Part shown: positions 10,370-21,679 of the stretch, in pieces
How the letters are laid out: each line of letters begins with the position of its first letter
Numbering within the stretch: position 1 is the first letter of the stretch
DNA from: a virus
Lineage: Duplodnaviria > Caudoviricetes
Direction: 5' to 3' (one strand)
DNA length: 64,000 bases
Virus record (IMG/VR): IMGVR_UViG_3300021426_000086
Location: 1-64,000 of that record
Made by a program: the position numbers and the translations under genes
The notes under the pieces: generated by a model
What the model was told of the DNA's origin: nothing
What the model saw: only the letters and a program-made list of their open reading frames with translations
Database searches by the model: none

Positions 10370-10927
10370 TCAAATCAATTTGATGACGTGGCTCATCGAG
10401 GTTAGCTGCACCTTGAGCGTGCCCTGCTGGTTGATGCCCTGCTCGTCTAACAGCACACTGCTGCTGCCAGGCACGGCATAGAGCACATAGCGCACACCCT
10501 CGGCACTGGTCAATACGGCTATAATATCCTTAGTCTGGCACTGAGCCACTGCGGCGCGAAGGTCTTGAAAACCTACTAAAATAGGCACTTCCAGCTGGTG
10601 CTGCACGGTGATGCCTGCGGGCACGCGCTTCTCGGTTTGCTTTAGTGTGGGGGCCGATAGTATCTCGGCCTGCTCGGATAGCGTGGGGTCGAAAGCCACA
10701 CTTACCACTGGGGTGCCTATACGGTCAACCGCCTGCCCACTTACATCCTTGGTGCCCTGCATTACGGTGATGCCACTTACCTGAAATGGTATAGCCATAT
10801 CGCACTCGGCTGCCAACACCAGTTGCACCTTTACGATGTCGTCTAAGAACTGTTCGTTGCAATTTTGTTCCATTTTTATATAGTTTTTGGGGTTATTCTT
10901 CTGCTTAAAAACGTCACGGACACGCAA
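10370..10927 (-). CDS. Hypothetical protein
   Basis: ORF in the operon; true start probably an internal Met. Confidence 0.5.
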   Translation of the reverse strand: MRVRDVFKQKNNPKNYIKMEQNCNEQFLDDIVKVQLVLAAECDMAIPFQVSGITVMQGTKDVSGQAVDRIGTPVVSVAFDPTLSEQAEILSAPTLKQTEKRVPAGITVQHQLEVPILVGFQDLRAAVAQCQTKDIIAVLTSAEGVRYVLYAVPGSSSVLLDEQGINQQGTLKVQLTSMSHVIKLI

Positions 10928-11741
10928 ATGATAGTTTTTCTGCGTTATTTAACTTTCTTTCACAGGTACTTTTACACTTGTTTGCTTTCTTTAGTTCGGT
11001 GTTTATCTCGCCCACAAAGTCGAAATCGTCGGCTTCCTGCTGCTCGCGCTCGGTAACAAACGTCATATCCTCGCCAAAGTCGATGCGGTCGTTGGGCAGC
11101 ACGCGGGCTTTCTCTATCCATCGGCGCCCCATGCGGTACATGCTTTCGCGTTCGCGCTTGTTGGTACCTATGAAGATATAATAGCGCTCAAAGAATCGCT
11201 CGATGGTGGTGCCTATCTCGCGGCGCAAGCCCAGGCGATTGCAGTAGCGGCGGTCTTGTATCAGCCAGTCAAGGAATGTGTGTACGAACTCATCGCGCAG
11301 CATCTCCTGCAGGTGTATGGCGTCGCGCTGCTTCAACGAGTAGCTGCCATTGGTTTTGCGCACCTCGTCGCCCAGCATCACGTCAGGGGGCAGCTCTATG
11401 GCCAGATAGTCGTAAGCCTCCATCTTAGCCACGCTCTTCTCGCCTATGATGGCGCACAGCTCCTTGGTGGTAATCCACTGCTGCTGGTCACGCTGTACCA
11501 CGGCCTTGCCACCCGTGGGTGGTATGCCACGCAGTATATTGTTGAACGCCCGCTGCGAGTAGCACCAAGAGCACGTCTGCTCAGTCTCGGGTATCAGCGT
11601 AAGCTGGTTGCGCATAAGTATATACTCGTGCTGGAAGGGGCAGAAGGCGTAGGGCTGGTTTTCGGCCAACCGCTTGTTGGGATCAATGGCGCGATAGAAC
11701 TGCGCCACATACGTTGGCACTCGCAGATAGATGTTAGGCAT
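10914..11741 (-). CDS. Hypothetical protein
   Basis: 275 aa ORF overlapping both neighbours. Confidence 0.6.
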   Translation of the reverse strand: MPNIYLRVPTYVAQFYRAIDPNKRLAENQPYAFCPFQHEYILMRNQLTLIPETEQTCSWCYSQRAFNNILRGIPPTGGKAVVQRDQQQWITTKELCAIIGEKSVAKMEAYDYLAIELPPDVMLGDEVRKTNGSYSLKQRDAIHLQEMLRDEFVHTFLDWLIQDRRYCNRLGLRREIGTTIERFFERYYIFIGTNKRERESMYRMGRRWIEKARVLPNDRIDFGEDMTFVTEREQQEADDFDFVGEINTELKKANKCKSTCERKLNNAEKLSFACP

Positions 11742-12480
11742 TGATGGGGGTGTTTAGGTTCATCGCTTCTATATCGCGCTGGCATCGCAAAAGATCTTCC
11801 TTGCGCTGCATAAAAGCCTCTTGCTGCATAAGTTGCAGGCCGTCGGCATGGCAGGGGTAGGCCATACACAGGTAGTAATAGCCATCGAAATCAAAGAACA
11901 CGGGGGTTACAGGTTCTATTTTTTTAGCATCTAAAAAGTCAACCTGCAGCAACTTGTAGAATCTATCGGTAAGCACCGTGGGCAGCAGCAGGCGCTCGCG
12001 TTCTATGCGGATGGCCTGACGGGCTGTGCGACTAAGCTGGCACTGCTTGCCGCGCTTGGTGCTACGGCTCTGGTGCTGGGGCTCGTCGCTATAAAGCTCT
12101 ATGTAGTGCAGGCGCCCATCAATGGCGGGGCGCTTGGCGTATAATCGGGTAGCGGTGTCAATGGGGCTGTGGTTGGGGTTATAGTCTATGCTGCCCTCAC
12201 GCTTGTTGCAGCGGGGTTCCCACATCTCAATGCCGTCGGCATCTTTTCCGCAGCTGCGCCACAGCTGCTCGTCGGGGCGGGCGTCATCGGCAAAGCTAAC
12301 ACACATCACTCCGCCGGCAAAGGCACTGGCGGCTGGGTAATACTGCTGGGCACCCACCTTCTTGGCAAAGCGCTCGGCGGCTTGCTCAGCGTGCATACAC
12401 TCGCGGTGCAGCGAGCGGAACTGCTTGCCCAAATGTGTACTGATAGGTAATCGGTAGTAATAACGTTTCTGCTGTTCCAT
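11734..12480 (-). CDS. Hypothetical protein
   Basis: 248 aa ORF with TATCTTTG box at 12511-12518. Confidence 0.6.
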   Translation of the reverse strand: MEQQKRYYYRLPISTHLGKQFRSLHRECMHAEQAAERFAKKVGAQQYYPAASAFAGGVMCVSFADDARPDEQLWRSCGKDADGIEMWEPRCNKREGSIDYNPNHSPIDTATRLYAKRPAIDGRLHYIELYSDEPQHQSRSTKRGKQCQLSRTARQAIRIERERLLLPTVLTDRFYKLLQVDFLDAKKIEPVTPVFFDFDGYYYLCMAYPCHADGLQLMQQEAFMQRKEDLLRCQRDIEAMNLNTPINA

Positions 12481-12654
12481 AAATCTTTCTTTGTAATTTT
12501 AGGTCGCCTGCAAAGATACAACAATTTACATCAATATACATCAATTAGCATCGAAATTTACATATAATTAACACGCTGACAATAGGTTAAAGCCGTGTTA
12601 ATGCTCAGCAGGTGCAACTGACTGGATAGCCGAGCATACGGTAAGTTTTTAAAC

Positions 12655-12689
12655 AAAAAAAAAGAGAGGCGATTGCCTCTCCTTTTTTA
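12655..12689. terminator. Intrinsic terminator ending the tail/DGR operon
   Basis: AGAGGC-gatt-GCCTCT stem flanked by A and T runs. Confidence 0.7.
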
Positions 12690-13241
12690 TTCAGCAGCGG
12701 GCTTCTCTTCGTTGGCGGGCTCGGGGTAGAGGGCTTTGTAGGCGCTCCAGTCGATAGCGTCCTTGCGAGCCCATCCTGCCTGCTGGCATGCCAGTACATG
12801 CTGGGTGGTAGCGGTGCAGATGGCGTGCATTTCCTCGGCGTTAGCAAACTCCTCGAACACGGCTGTGCCGTCGGCCAGCTCGCCTACCTTATACTTCACG
12901 GGGAAGGTGAGCGCATCGGCATTCTGGTGCATGGCGTGGAAGTCGCTCTGGTTCTCCTTAGAGAGCCATACGTTAACATCGGTACCAGCCTGTGCGCCGT
13001 GCAGCACGGTGTAAGCAAAGCCACGGGTAATCTGCTCTACGGTGTCGGCATTGATGTCGGCCTCGATGGCAGCCTTGATTACTGCAAAGGTAATCTGCTG
13101 CACTTGCTTGGTGGGCAGATAAACCTCGAACCACTCGTAGTTGTCCTTCTTGATCTTAACAAGTCCGTAACCAACTACCACGCGCGTACCTTCGTCGCGC
13201 ACCAGAGCAAAGTCGCTCTTAACTCCATTCATTTTGTTCAT
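12687..13241 (-). CDS. DUF4376-like tail-fibre-associated protein
   Basis: C-terminal LTFPVKYKVG...AGWARKDAIDWSAY pattern typical of this family in Bacteroidales phages. Confidence 0.55.
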   Translation of the reverse strand: MNKMNGVKSDFALVRDEGTRVVVGYGLVKIKKDNYEWFEVYLPTKQVQQITFAVIKAAIEADINADTVEQITRGFAYTVLHGAQAGTDVNVWLSKENQSDFHAMHQNADALTFPVKYKVGELADGTAVFEEFANAEEMHAICTATTQHVLACQQAGWARKDAIDWSAYKALYPEPANEEKPAAE

Positions 13242-14439
13242 AATGCTTGTTATTTAAAGGTGAATAATTATATAATGTAAACTTAGTAACGTCGCGGTCA
13301 AAATAGCCTATCTGCAGCAGCTTGGGTATAAGAAACAGGCGGCAGCGGATGTTGAACGAGTCGTAATGGCTCAGCACGCCCAGAAACGAGTTGACTGACA
13401 GGAAGGCGTGTATAGGGTCGGCGGTATTGATTTTGTTCACATTGTATATCATGCGGTCGATAGATGCGTTGCTGATATAACTGTGGCCATTCTTTACAAA
13501 TGCGCCCAGAAACTCCACACCGCTGTAGGCATCAAGTGTGTGCAGCTTATTGCGGTTAAGCTCAAGCCCCAGGCGCTCGGCCAGAAACTGCTCGGCAGGG
13601 TCAATCAGGCTGCGCAGCCACTCCTTGCTGGTGCCTACCACAAACGAGTCATCTACATATCGGCCAAAGTGCTTGCAGCCCATCTCGCGCTTCATATACT
13701 GATCGAACTCATTAAGATACACATTCGAGAATAGCTGCGATGTAAGATTGCCTATGGGCAGGCCGCACCCGTCCATGGTGTAGAACAGGCTCTTGGCGTG
13801 GTCAAGCCCCTCCCAGTCGTCAACACTGCCTGCTATGCGGCAGTTGCCACGAGGGTCGAGCAGTGCTATCTCGCGTGTTAGCCACAGCAGGAAGTCGATA
13901 TCAAGCTCATCGGCCCATGTGCAGCCTATGCCGCGCCCGCGTCGTGGTGCCATCTTCAGCAGGTCGGCACAGGCTATATCGGCCAGTCGCTGTCGGTCGA
14001 TGTGCATAAAGTAGCCGCGCTTATCCAGCTTGAGCACCCAGCAGGGCTGCTGATAGCCACAACTGGCACGGCGTATGTGCATCTTCAGTCGCTCTATGCC
14101 GTAGTGCGTGCCTCGGCCTGGTATGCAGCTGTAGCAGTCCTCTATAAACAGGCGCTCGTACAGCTGGTGGGTGTAGTTGTAATACAGGTGGTGAAGCACG
14201 CGATCAGGGAATTGCGCTGCAAAAACCTCACGCTTTTTTGGGCGCTCTACTATAAAACAGCTTGAGGGTTCTGGCTTATACCGTCGGGCCATCAAGTCGT
14301 CGGCCATCTTATTCAGATTCTCGTCAAGATTCTGCTCGTATTTTACTACATACGGCTTACTGGCCTTGTGGCGCTTGGCGCTCACAAAAGCAGCATGAAG
14401 GTCGAGCAACAAATCCTCGCGAGTTAAATGGTATGCCAT
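13219..14439 (-). CDS. DGR reverse transcriptase
   Basis: Starts MAYHLTREDLL; GLPIGNLTSQLFSNVYLNEFD and GRYVDD motifs; adjacent to TR. Confidence 0.95.
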   Translation of the reverse strand: MAYHLTREDLLLDLHAAFVSAKRHKASKPYVVKYEQNLDENLNKMADDLMARRYKPEPSSCFIVERPKKREVFAAQFPDRVLHHLYYNYTHQLYERLFIEDCYSCIPGRGTHYGIERLKMHIRRASCGYQQPCWVLKLDKRGYFMHIDRQRLADIACADLLKMAPRRGRGIGCTWADELDIDFLLWLTREIALLDPRGNCRIAGSVDDWEGLDHAKSLFYTMDGCGLPIGNLTSQLFSNVYLNEFDQYMKREMGCKHFGRYVDDSFVVGTSKEWLRSLIDPAEQFLAERLGLELNRNKLHTLDAYSGVEFLGAFVKNGHSYISNASIDRMIYNVNKINTADPIHAFLSVNSFLGVLSHYDSFNIRCRLFLIPKLLQIGYFDRDVTKFTLYNYSPLNNKHYEQNEWS

Positions 14440-14502
14440 ATAGTCCTTTTTTGTTCTAAACAACTCTAATAACATCTGAATTATAAATAACATCAATAAA
14501 AG

Positions 14503-14690
14503 CTGAACCGGGCGAACAGCGAAACCGTTGAAGCGGTTGTTGTTGTTCTGCGGATTGACACCACCCGAATTGAAGTTCAGGTTGCGACCGTTCGTGGCGG
14601 AATTGAGCGACGACGACCAGTAGTTGCCGTTGGAGCCACGATTGTTCCACGACGTGCCATTACCGTTACCGGCGCACGGGAAGAACAAGA
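14503..14690 (-). repeat. DGR template repeat (TR)
   Basis: 188 bp matching 15645-15832 with 14 mismatches, all at minus-strand adenines of this copy; rich in AAC codons. Confidence 0.95.
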
Positions 14691-14915
14691 ACACGCCCGG
14701 AGAAACATCTCGTTACCACCTTGCTAACGTAAGGCCAGAACAGGCACCACCTGCGGGTAGCGTGGCTGAGCCAGTCTATGTTTTTCTGGGGGATTTTTCG
14801 CCAGCCCTAACCAGAGAGCAGCGGACGGATAACCTATGTAATTATCTACTGTCAAAAATAAAATCAGATATGTAAAAGAGCGCCCGTCGAAGCGGAGGTT
14901 TGTTTTTATATTTTG

Positions 14916-15497
14916 TTAAAGCAGTCCTGCCACTTGCTGTTTCAGGCTACTTATAAATGCTATATTCTCTTCAGGAGTGCGGTCCTCAAGTGGGTAGGCT
15001 ATCACCTCGCTCACTATCGAGAACAGTCCGCTACGGGCCAGTGCCGATTGCTGGCTTGGTCCGCTTTTTATGTCCCTTTTACTTTGGTTGTTGGTAGTAA
15101 CCTCGGTAGGCAGAGCCAAACGCCATGTTTCGTAGTCGCCCTGAATTTTATCAGGCGTATCTTCGAGAGGAATCTGGGCGCCGTCGATAACTATCAGCAA
15201 ATCGTCGTTATCAAGCACCTGCTTAGAAGCGTAGCTGGGTATGAACTTTGATAGCGACTCAAGCGGGAAACCAAGCTGCACAAAGTCGTAGCTCTTCTTG
15301 GCATAATGCTTTACCTGTAGTAGTTTAGAGTCGCCACGTTGCTTCTGGAACTCCTCGGTACACAGATAGTGCTTTATCAGGTAGGCACTTATCTCGTAAG
15401 CACGATAAAACTTTCCCTGCTTGTGCAGGATTACCTTTCGCCAGTCGTAATCGCCCTCGCGCTGCTGCTCAAAAGCTATTGCTTCTTTCTCCAGCAT
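14916..15497 (-). CDS. DGR accessory protein, MutS N-terminal-like (MSL type)
   Basis: ILHKQGKFYRAYEISAYL resembles the MutS domain I motif; lies between target gene and TR. Confidence 0.6.
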   Translation of the reverse strand: MLEKEAIAFEQQREGDYDWRKVILHKQGKFYRAYEISAYLIKHYLCTEEFQKQRGDSKLLQVKHYAKKSYDFVQLGFPLESLSKFIPSYASKQVLDNDDLLIVIDGAQIPLEDTPDKIQGDYETWRLALPTEVTTNNQSKRDIKSGPSQQSALARSGLFSIVSEVIAYPLEDRTPEENIAFISSLKQQVAGLL

Positions 15498-15556
15498 AAT
15501 TATATTTTTTTAATTAGTTAATAATCTTGTTAATTTTTAATTTCCATTTCCCTGCC

Positions 15557-15595
15557 CGTGCTGCGCCGCCCTTGGGGGCGGCTGTATGCAGCACG
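15557..15595. promoter_or_regulatory. GC-rich hairpin downstream of VR, candidate DGR homing cruciform
   Basis: CGTGCTGC-GCCGCCC-TTGG-GGGCGGC-tgtat-GCAGCACG nested inverted repeat ~50 bp past the target stop codon. Confidence 0.65.
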
Positions 15596-15641
15596 CGCAT
15601 TGAAATGGGTTTTGTTGTTTGTTCGGTTTGACAGTAAATAA

Positions 15642-16721
15642 TTACTGAACCGGGCGAACAGCGAAACCGCTGAAGCGGCTGTTGTTGTCCTGCGGATAGA
15701 CACCACCCGAATTGAAGTACAGGCCGCGACCGTACGTGGCGGAATAGAGCGACGACGACCAGTAGCGGCCGTAGGAGCCACGATTGTACCACGACGCGCC
15801 ATTACCGTTACCGGCGCACGGGAAGAACAAGATAGCGTTATTAATCTTACTCTTCAAGCGAATACCAACGATACTATTCATCGTAATCAGCTTGTTAGTG
15901 GTAGCTGCAGCTATCACGTTACCATCGGCATCAATATAGTCGATATTGTTGAACAACTCGGCAAACTCGCCCGTAGTAGGCATACGCCAAGGAGCGCCAA
16001 GGTTAGCGCGAGCAGCATCGAACGATGGCGAGATGTTGCCTGTAAGGGCTGCGCCTGGAGTGTCGGCATAAGGACCATCGTTGGCTGTACCCCAGTTGTA
16101 GTCGAACGCACTTGCGCTGATGGGGTTGTGCATCTGGGTGTTACCCCACGAGCAGAACGAGCACTCGTACTGATACTCGCTGGCGGCAAAGCCGTTGGCC
16201 TGAGTGATATCAATATTCTTCTTAGCCCAGAGCACGCCGCTTGGCAAGCCCATATCTACATAAAGATCGCTGGGGCTGCCACCACCTTCCAAGCCCATCA
16301 AGCCCACAATGTTGTAGGCCGAGCCATCGTAGCACATAATGGCTGTCATACCAGCCTTGATAACGCCTGGCTGCAGATTGCTGCCGTTAATCTTTATGTT
16401 CTTAGCACCTGTGCTGCTGATGTTAAGTGTGGCATCGGCCACGTTAACGGCATTGGCAAAGCGGATGGCCACAAAGCCATTCTTCAGCAGAATAAAGTCG
16501 GAGATAGAGGCCGTTTTAGCGGCAGTGGTAGCAGCTGTGCTACAGGTGGCCTGTCCACTACCAGCGGTGGCAAGGTCCTGTATAAGCTGGCGTGCCAGAT
16601 ACTTGCCGGCAGGTGTACCGTCGGCGTTGAACAACATTACAGTCTGTGCCGCACCTGGTGCAGCCTGACTCAGCCCGGCCTGTATAGCCTTGAGCATGTT
16701 TAAACCTGTAATCGTTTCCAT
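15642..16721 (-). CDS. DGR target: tail fibre/receptor-binding protein with a C-terminal CLec-type domain
   Basis: Fibre-like N-terminus (TCSTAATTAAKT...), YVDMGLPSGVLWAKKNI, ends YWSSS...GFAVRPVQ containing VR. Confidence 0.85.
   Translation of the reverse strand: METITGLNMLKAIQAGLSQAAPGAAQTVMLFNADGTPAGKYLARQLIQDLATAGSGQATCSTAATTAAKTASISDFILLKNGFVAIRFANAVNVADATLNISSTGAKNIKINGSNLQPGVIKAGMTAIMCYDGSAYNIVGLMGLEGGGSPSDLYVDMGLPSGVLWAKKNIDITQANGFAASEYQYECSFCSWGNTQMHNPISASAFDYNWGTANDGPYADTPGAALTGNISPSFDAARANLGAPWRMPTTGEFAELFNNIDYIDADGNVIAAATTNKLITMNSIVGIRLKSKINNAILFFPCAGNGNGASWYNRGSYGRYWSSSLYSATYGRGLYFNSGGVYPQDNNSRFSGFAVRPVQ
15645..15832 (-). repeat. DGR variable repeat (VR)
   Basis: Encodes the C-terminus of 15642-16721; 12 codons differ from TR. 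Confidence 0.95.
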
Positions 16722-16771
16722 GTGATAATTTTAAAAAATTTATAAATAATCTCTTAACTCTCAATTCCAAA

Positions 16772-17287
16772 TTAACCATTGATAACCACCGTCTTTGGCA
16801 TCAGGCTTGCCACTGCCTGCAGCAGTTCGCTCACAGTGTATTGCTGGCCGTTAACGGTGTAAGTATCGGTGGGCTGCACAGCGCTGCCAGCCTTGCTGCG
16901 TATGGTGGCCAAATCACTGATAGCATCCTGCTTGGCAGCCAGAGCGGTGTTTATGCTCTCTACCCAATACTCTATGCTGGCATCGGTAAATATCTCCCAG
17001 TCGGTGTTGGGCGTAGCATTGCTCACCACAAAGGCAATCTTGCCGTTAACCGTGTGTACCACAAAGGCATTGCCCTGCGTAACCATGGTGCATGGCAGGT
17101 TGCTGGTGGCCTTGGTGCTGCGATACAGCACGCCATTAATGCCCACCACGGCGTTTTTAACAAACGTACTCGATGGCGTCATGCTCGATACTGCCACGGG
17201 GTGCAGCATGTCGTCGGCCAAAAGTTTTGTACGGAATCGCCCGAGCCGTCGGGTTGTCACATACTTAGTTGGATTCGTTATTGCCAT
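16772..17287 (-). CDS. Tail-fibre-associated protein
   Basis: 171 aa; N-terminus shared with the next ORF. Confidence 0.5.
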   Translation of the reverse strand: MAITNPTKYVTTRRLGRFRTKLLADDMLHPVAVSSMTPSSTFVKNAVVGINGVLYRSTKATSNLPCTMVTQGNAFVVHTVNGKIAFVVSNATPNTDWEIFTDASIEYWVESINTALAAKQDAISDLATIRSKAGSAVQPTDTYTVNGQQYTVSELLQAVASLMPKTVVING

Positions 17288-17328
17288 AATCTTATCTTTT
17301 TAAAGTTGCCTACGGTATTTTTTTTGTA

Positions 17329-17358
17329 ACCCTGCGGGGAGTCGAACCCCGCAAGGTT
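17329..17358 (-). terminator. Probable intrinsic terminator/stability hairpin
   Basis: AACC-CTGCGGGG-AGTCGAA-CCCCGCA-AGGTT inverted repeat between two tail genes. Confidence 0.4.
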
Positions 17359-17388
17359 TGGTAGTTAAGCGTGATTTTACCGTAGCAA

Positions 17389-18258
17389 CTATGAGAAGAT
17401 GCTGTCGATATCGTCGTCTGAGCACTCCTGCAAGCCTGCCAGCTGCTCAGCCTGTGCAGCAGTCATCAAACCAGCCTGACCGCCCACACCAGAGGTAGAT
17501 GCAGATACAGTCTGCACGGTCTTTTTGTGTGGAGTGATTACACCGTTAGCATCCTGGCTGATGCTGTCGATGAAGTCAACGCCAGTGCCGTCGGCTGATG
17601 GATCGTTAACAGCGGTCTGCTTGGTCTTGTACTCAGAGAGTGCGTGACTGCTGTCAACGGGGTTGCCGTTGGCGTCAAAGATGGCGATGTTGTCAGCCAC
17701 AGCGTCGGTGTCCTTGTCGGCCTTGCCAGAAATGTCCTGGTGGGCAACGAGTACCTGCTGAGAGAGACCACTCTTCAGAGTGATGTTCTTCTTAGTGGCG
17801 TCGCCATCAACAGCCTCGATGGCCATCTCGCTCTTCAGGGCGTAGCCTGAGAGGTCGTACATACCCTGGAAGATGTCGTACTTGTAAACGGGCTCGGCAG
17901 CAGTACCAGTGTTAGCCACGTAAACGTTAGCACCTGCAGGAATGCTGTGGCCAGCACCCTCGGCGAAGTCAGCAGTTGTTGTGAACGCATCGGTGATGTT
18001 CCACATCCATCCCAGACAACCAGCTACCAGGTCGGTGGCAGGAGCCAGGCCAGCGAAAGCCTTAGAGCCCTTTGGTACGATGGCCGATGGGATGGCTGCA
18101 ATCTTACCCAGCAACTCAGCCAGAGCTTCCTCTACGGTCTGAGCTGTGAGGCCAGTGATGGCTGCGATAGCCTGAGTCTGATACTTAGCAGCGAGCTTTG
18201 TCTCGAAACGCTGCAATCTCTGTACGCTAACGTACTTTGTAGGATTAGTCAATGCCAT
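17389..18258 (-). CDS. Tail-fibre-associated protein
   Basis: 289 aa; GWMWNITDAFTTTADFAEG and KADK fibre-like segments. Confidence 0.55.
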   Translation of the reverse strand: MALTNPTKYVSVQRLQRFETKLAAKYQTQAIAAITGLTAQTVEEALAELLGKIAAIPSAIVPKGSKAFAGLAPATDLVAGCLGWMWNITDAFTTTADFAEGAGHSIPAGANVYVANTGTAAEPVYKYDIFQGMYDLSGYALKSEMAIEAVDGDATKKNITLKSGLSQQVLVAHQDISGKADKDTDAVADNIAIFDANGNPVDSSHALSEYKTKQTAVNDPSADGTGVDFIDSISQDANGVITPHKKTVQTVSASTSGVGGQAGLMTAAQAEQLAGLQECSDDDIDSIFS

Positions 18259-18344
18259 AATCTAACAATTTTTAAAAATGAAACTTTAGTTAACTATAAT
18301 TGAGTTGTTACTCAATTCGTTTTTGTGTCGGAGAGGCGCAGGGG

Positions 18345-18644
18345 CTATTTCTTTTTCTTAGCCCTCGGCTTAGCAGGTTTCTTAGCCTTCGGCTCGGTGC
18401 TTGGCTTTTCTGCCTTCTTAGTTGGCACTCTCATCGTTACAAACAGCTGCCCTTTGGCATCCTGCATCAGCAACTTGGTTTGACCAGTTTCGCGGCAGTA
18501 GTCGCCAAAAAACTCGGTAAACATCGTCATAATCTCCTCGCCGGTTACTTTGTGTGCGTCGGCACTCAGTTCGCCGTTCTTCAGCTCGCGAGCGGCATAA
18601 AAGCCATCGTCGCGGCGGTACATTTCAATTTTTTTCTTTTCCAT
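18345..18644 (-). CDS. Hypothetical protein
   Basis: 99 aa with a Lys/Pro-rich tail. Confidence 0.55.
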   Translation of the reverse strand: MEKKKIEMYRRDDGFYAARELKNGELSADAHKVTGEEIMTMFTEFFGDYCRETGQTKLLMQDAKGQLFVTMRVPTKKAEKPSTEPKAKKPAKPRAKKKK

Positions 18645-18680
18645 ATCGCCAGAATAATATTAAACATGAAACATTAAATA

Positions 18681-18938
18681 TTATATATCGTCGTTGCCAT
18701 CGTCGGCGCCAGCGTCATAGCCAGCATCGTCGTCGTTGTCGAAGATCTCGTCGATATCGCTGTCGGTAGCTTCGTTCTCTTCCTCGCTCTCGTCGATTTC
18801 ATCCTGGATTTTCTGCGGAATGGTTTCCTGATCGTCAACACCTGTCATTACCTGCATCAGTTCGGGTATGGTGTTAACGGCACCATTGGGGTCTTTGCCC
18901 TCGATGAGCTGCAGGAACTGCTCACCCGTCATTTGCAT
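18681..18938 (-). CDS. Small acidic protein
   Basis: 85 aa, D/E-rich; its TDSDIDEIF resembles the SDDDIDSIFS tail of 17389-18258. Confidence 0.5.
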   Translation of the reverse strand: MQMTGEQFLQLIEGKDPNGAVNTIPELMQVMTGVDDQETIPQKIQDEIDESEEENEATDSDIDEIFDNDDDAGYDAGADDGNDDI

Positions 18939-19454
18939 TTAAACTTTGCCCATATCTTCTACTTCGTTAGATAATTGATTCGTGAATTGTATGCGCTTGC
19001 CGTCGCTGGTGTAAACATAGCGGCCATAGCAGTCGGCCAGATAGTCCTCGCCATCTATGCTGCAGCTCCACACCTGCTCGTACTGCACGGGGCAGGCAGC
19101 TGGGTGGCGCTGGCGGCGCTGGCGCATCATGCAGCCCTCTCGGCAAACAAACAGCACTTGTCGGTCGGTCCAGATGCGCTGCTGCTCGTCGTAGTCCTCA
19201 TCCTCGTAGGCTCCGATAAAGATGGCAGTGTAAGTGCCCACCTGCGGATTGGTGATATTGAAATACCATCGGCCCTGGTCGTCGTAGTAGCAATCGTTCT
19301 TAGTGATGCGATGCACCGTGCGTCCCAGATTGTTCTTTATAACGATATTCCACTTATCGCCCGCCAGGGTGAAATCATCCTTGGTGGTGGTAAGTCGGAA
19401 CTTCAGGTCGGTGCCTGGGCACACGGCTGGTATGGTTCTTTGCTCTGTTGCCAT
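18939..19454 (-). CDS. Hypothetical tail/baseplate-associated protein
   Basis: 171 aa beta-rich ORF in the tail region. Confidence 0.45.
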   Translation of the reverse strand: MATEQRTIPAVCPGTDLKFRLTTTKDDFTLAGDKWNIVIKNNLGRTVHRITKNDCYYDDQGRWYFNITNPQVGTYTAIFIGAYEDEDYDEQQRIWTDRQVLFVCREGCMMRQRRQRHPAACPVQYEQVWSCSIDGEDYLADCYGRYVYTSDGKRIQFTNQLSNEVEDMGKV

Positions 19455-19526
19455 AGTTTTATGTTTTTAATTTCTGACAGCAAAATTAAAAAATGCCTGC
19501 CACACATGGCAGACATTACCTTGGCG

Positions 19527-19802
19527 TTACGACTGCTGCGATTGCAACAATTCTTTAAGCGAATCTATCATATTTGGGCTAAACATCACTTGCCCAAAGT
19601 CGGTAAGCAGTTTTATCTCCTTGTCGTCAAGTTCCACCTCACCAGGGGTGTTGTATATCTTCAGCGCCAGTGCATGATAGGCTATACCCGTGCCGCGACT
19701 GTAGATGATATCACACAACTCCTGCTTAACATCGCTTACAACCAGCTGCTTGTGGGCAATATCCATAAACAGCGGGAACTTCTCAAAATTTATTTTTGCC
19801 AT
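19527..19802 (-). CDS. Hypothetical protein
   Basis: 91 aa ORF in the operon. Confidence 0.55.
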   Translation of the reverse strand: MAKINFEKFPLFMDIAHKQLVVSDVKQELCDIIYSRGTGIAYHALALKIYNTPGEVELDDKEIKLLTDFGQVMFSPNMIDSLKELLQSQQS

Positions 19803-19807
19803 AATCC

Positions 19808-21673
<1,866 letters not shown>

Positions 21674-21679
21674 GTTATA

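Noticed and set aside
14440-14694. N-terminal extension of the RT ORF in the track (491 aa)
   Set aside because: It is a read-through of TR in the target-gene frame; the likely start is the ATG at 14439.
17329-17358. tRNA gene (GGTTCGACTCC T-arm-like loop on the minus strand)
   Set aside because: Only one arm is present, with no D or anticodon arm; treated as a terminator-type hairpin.
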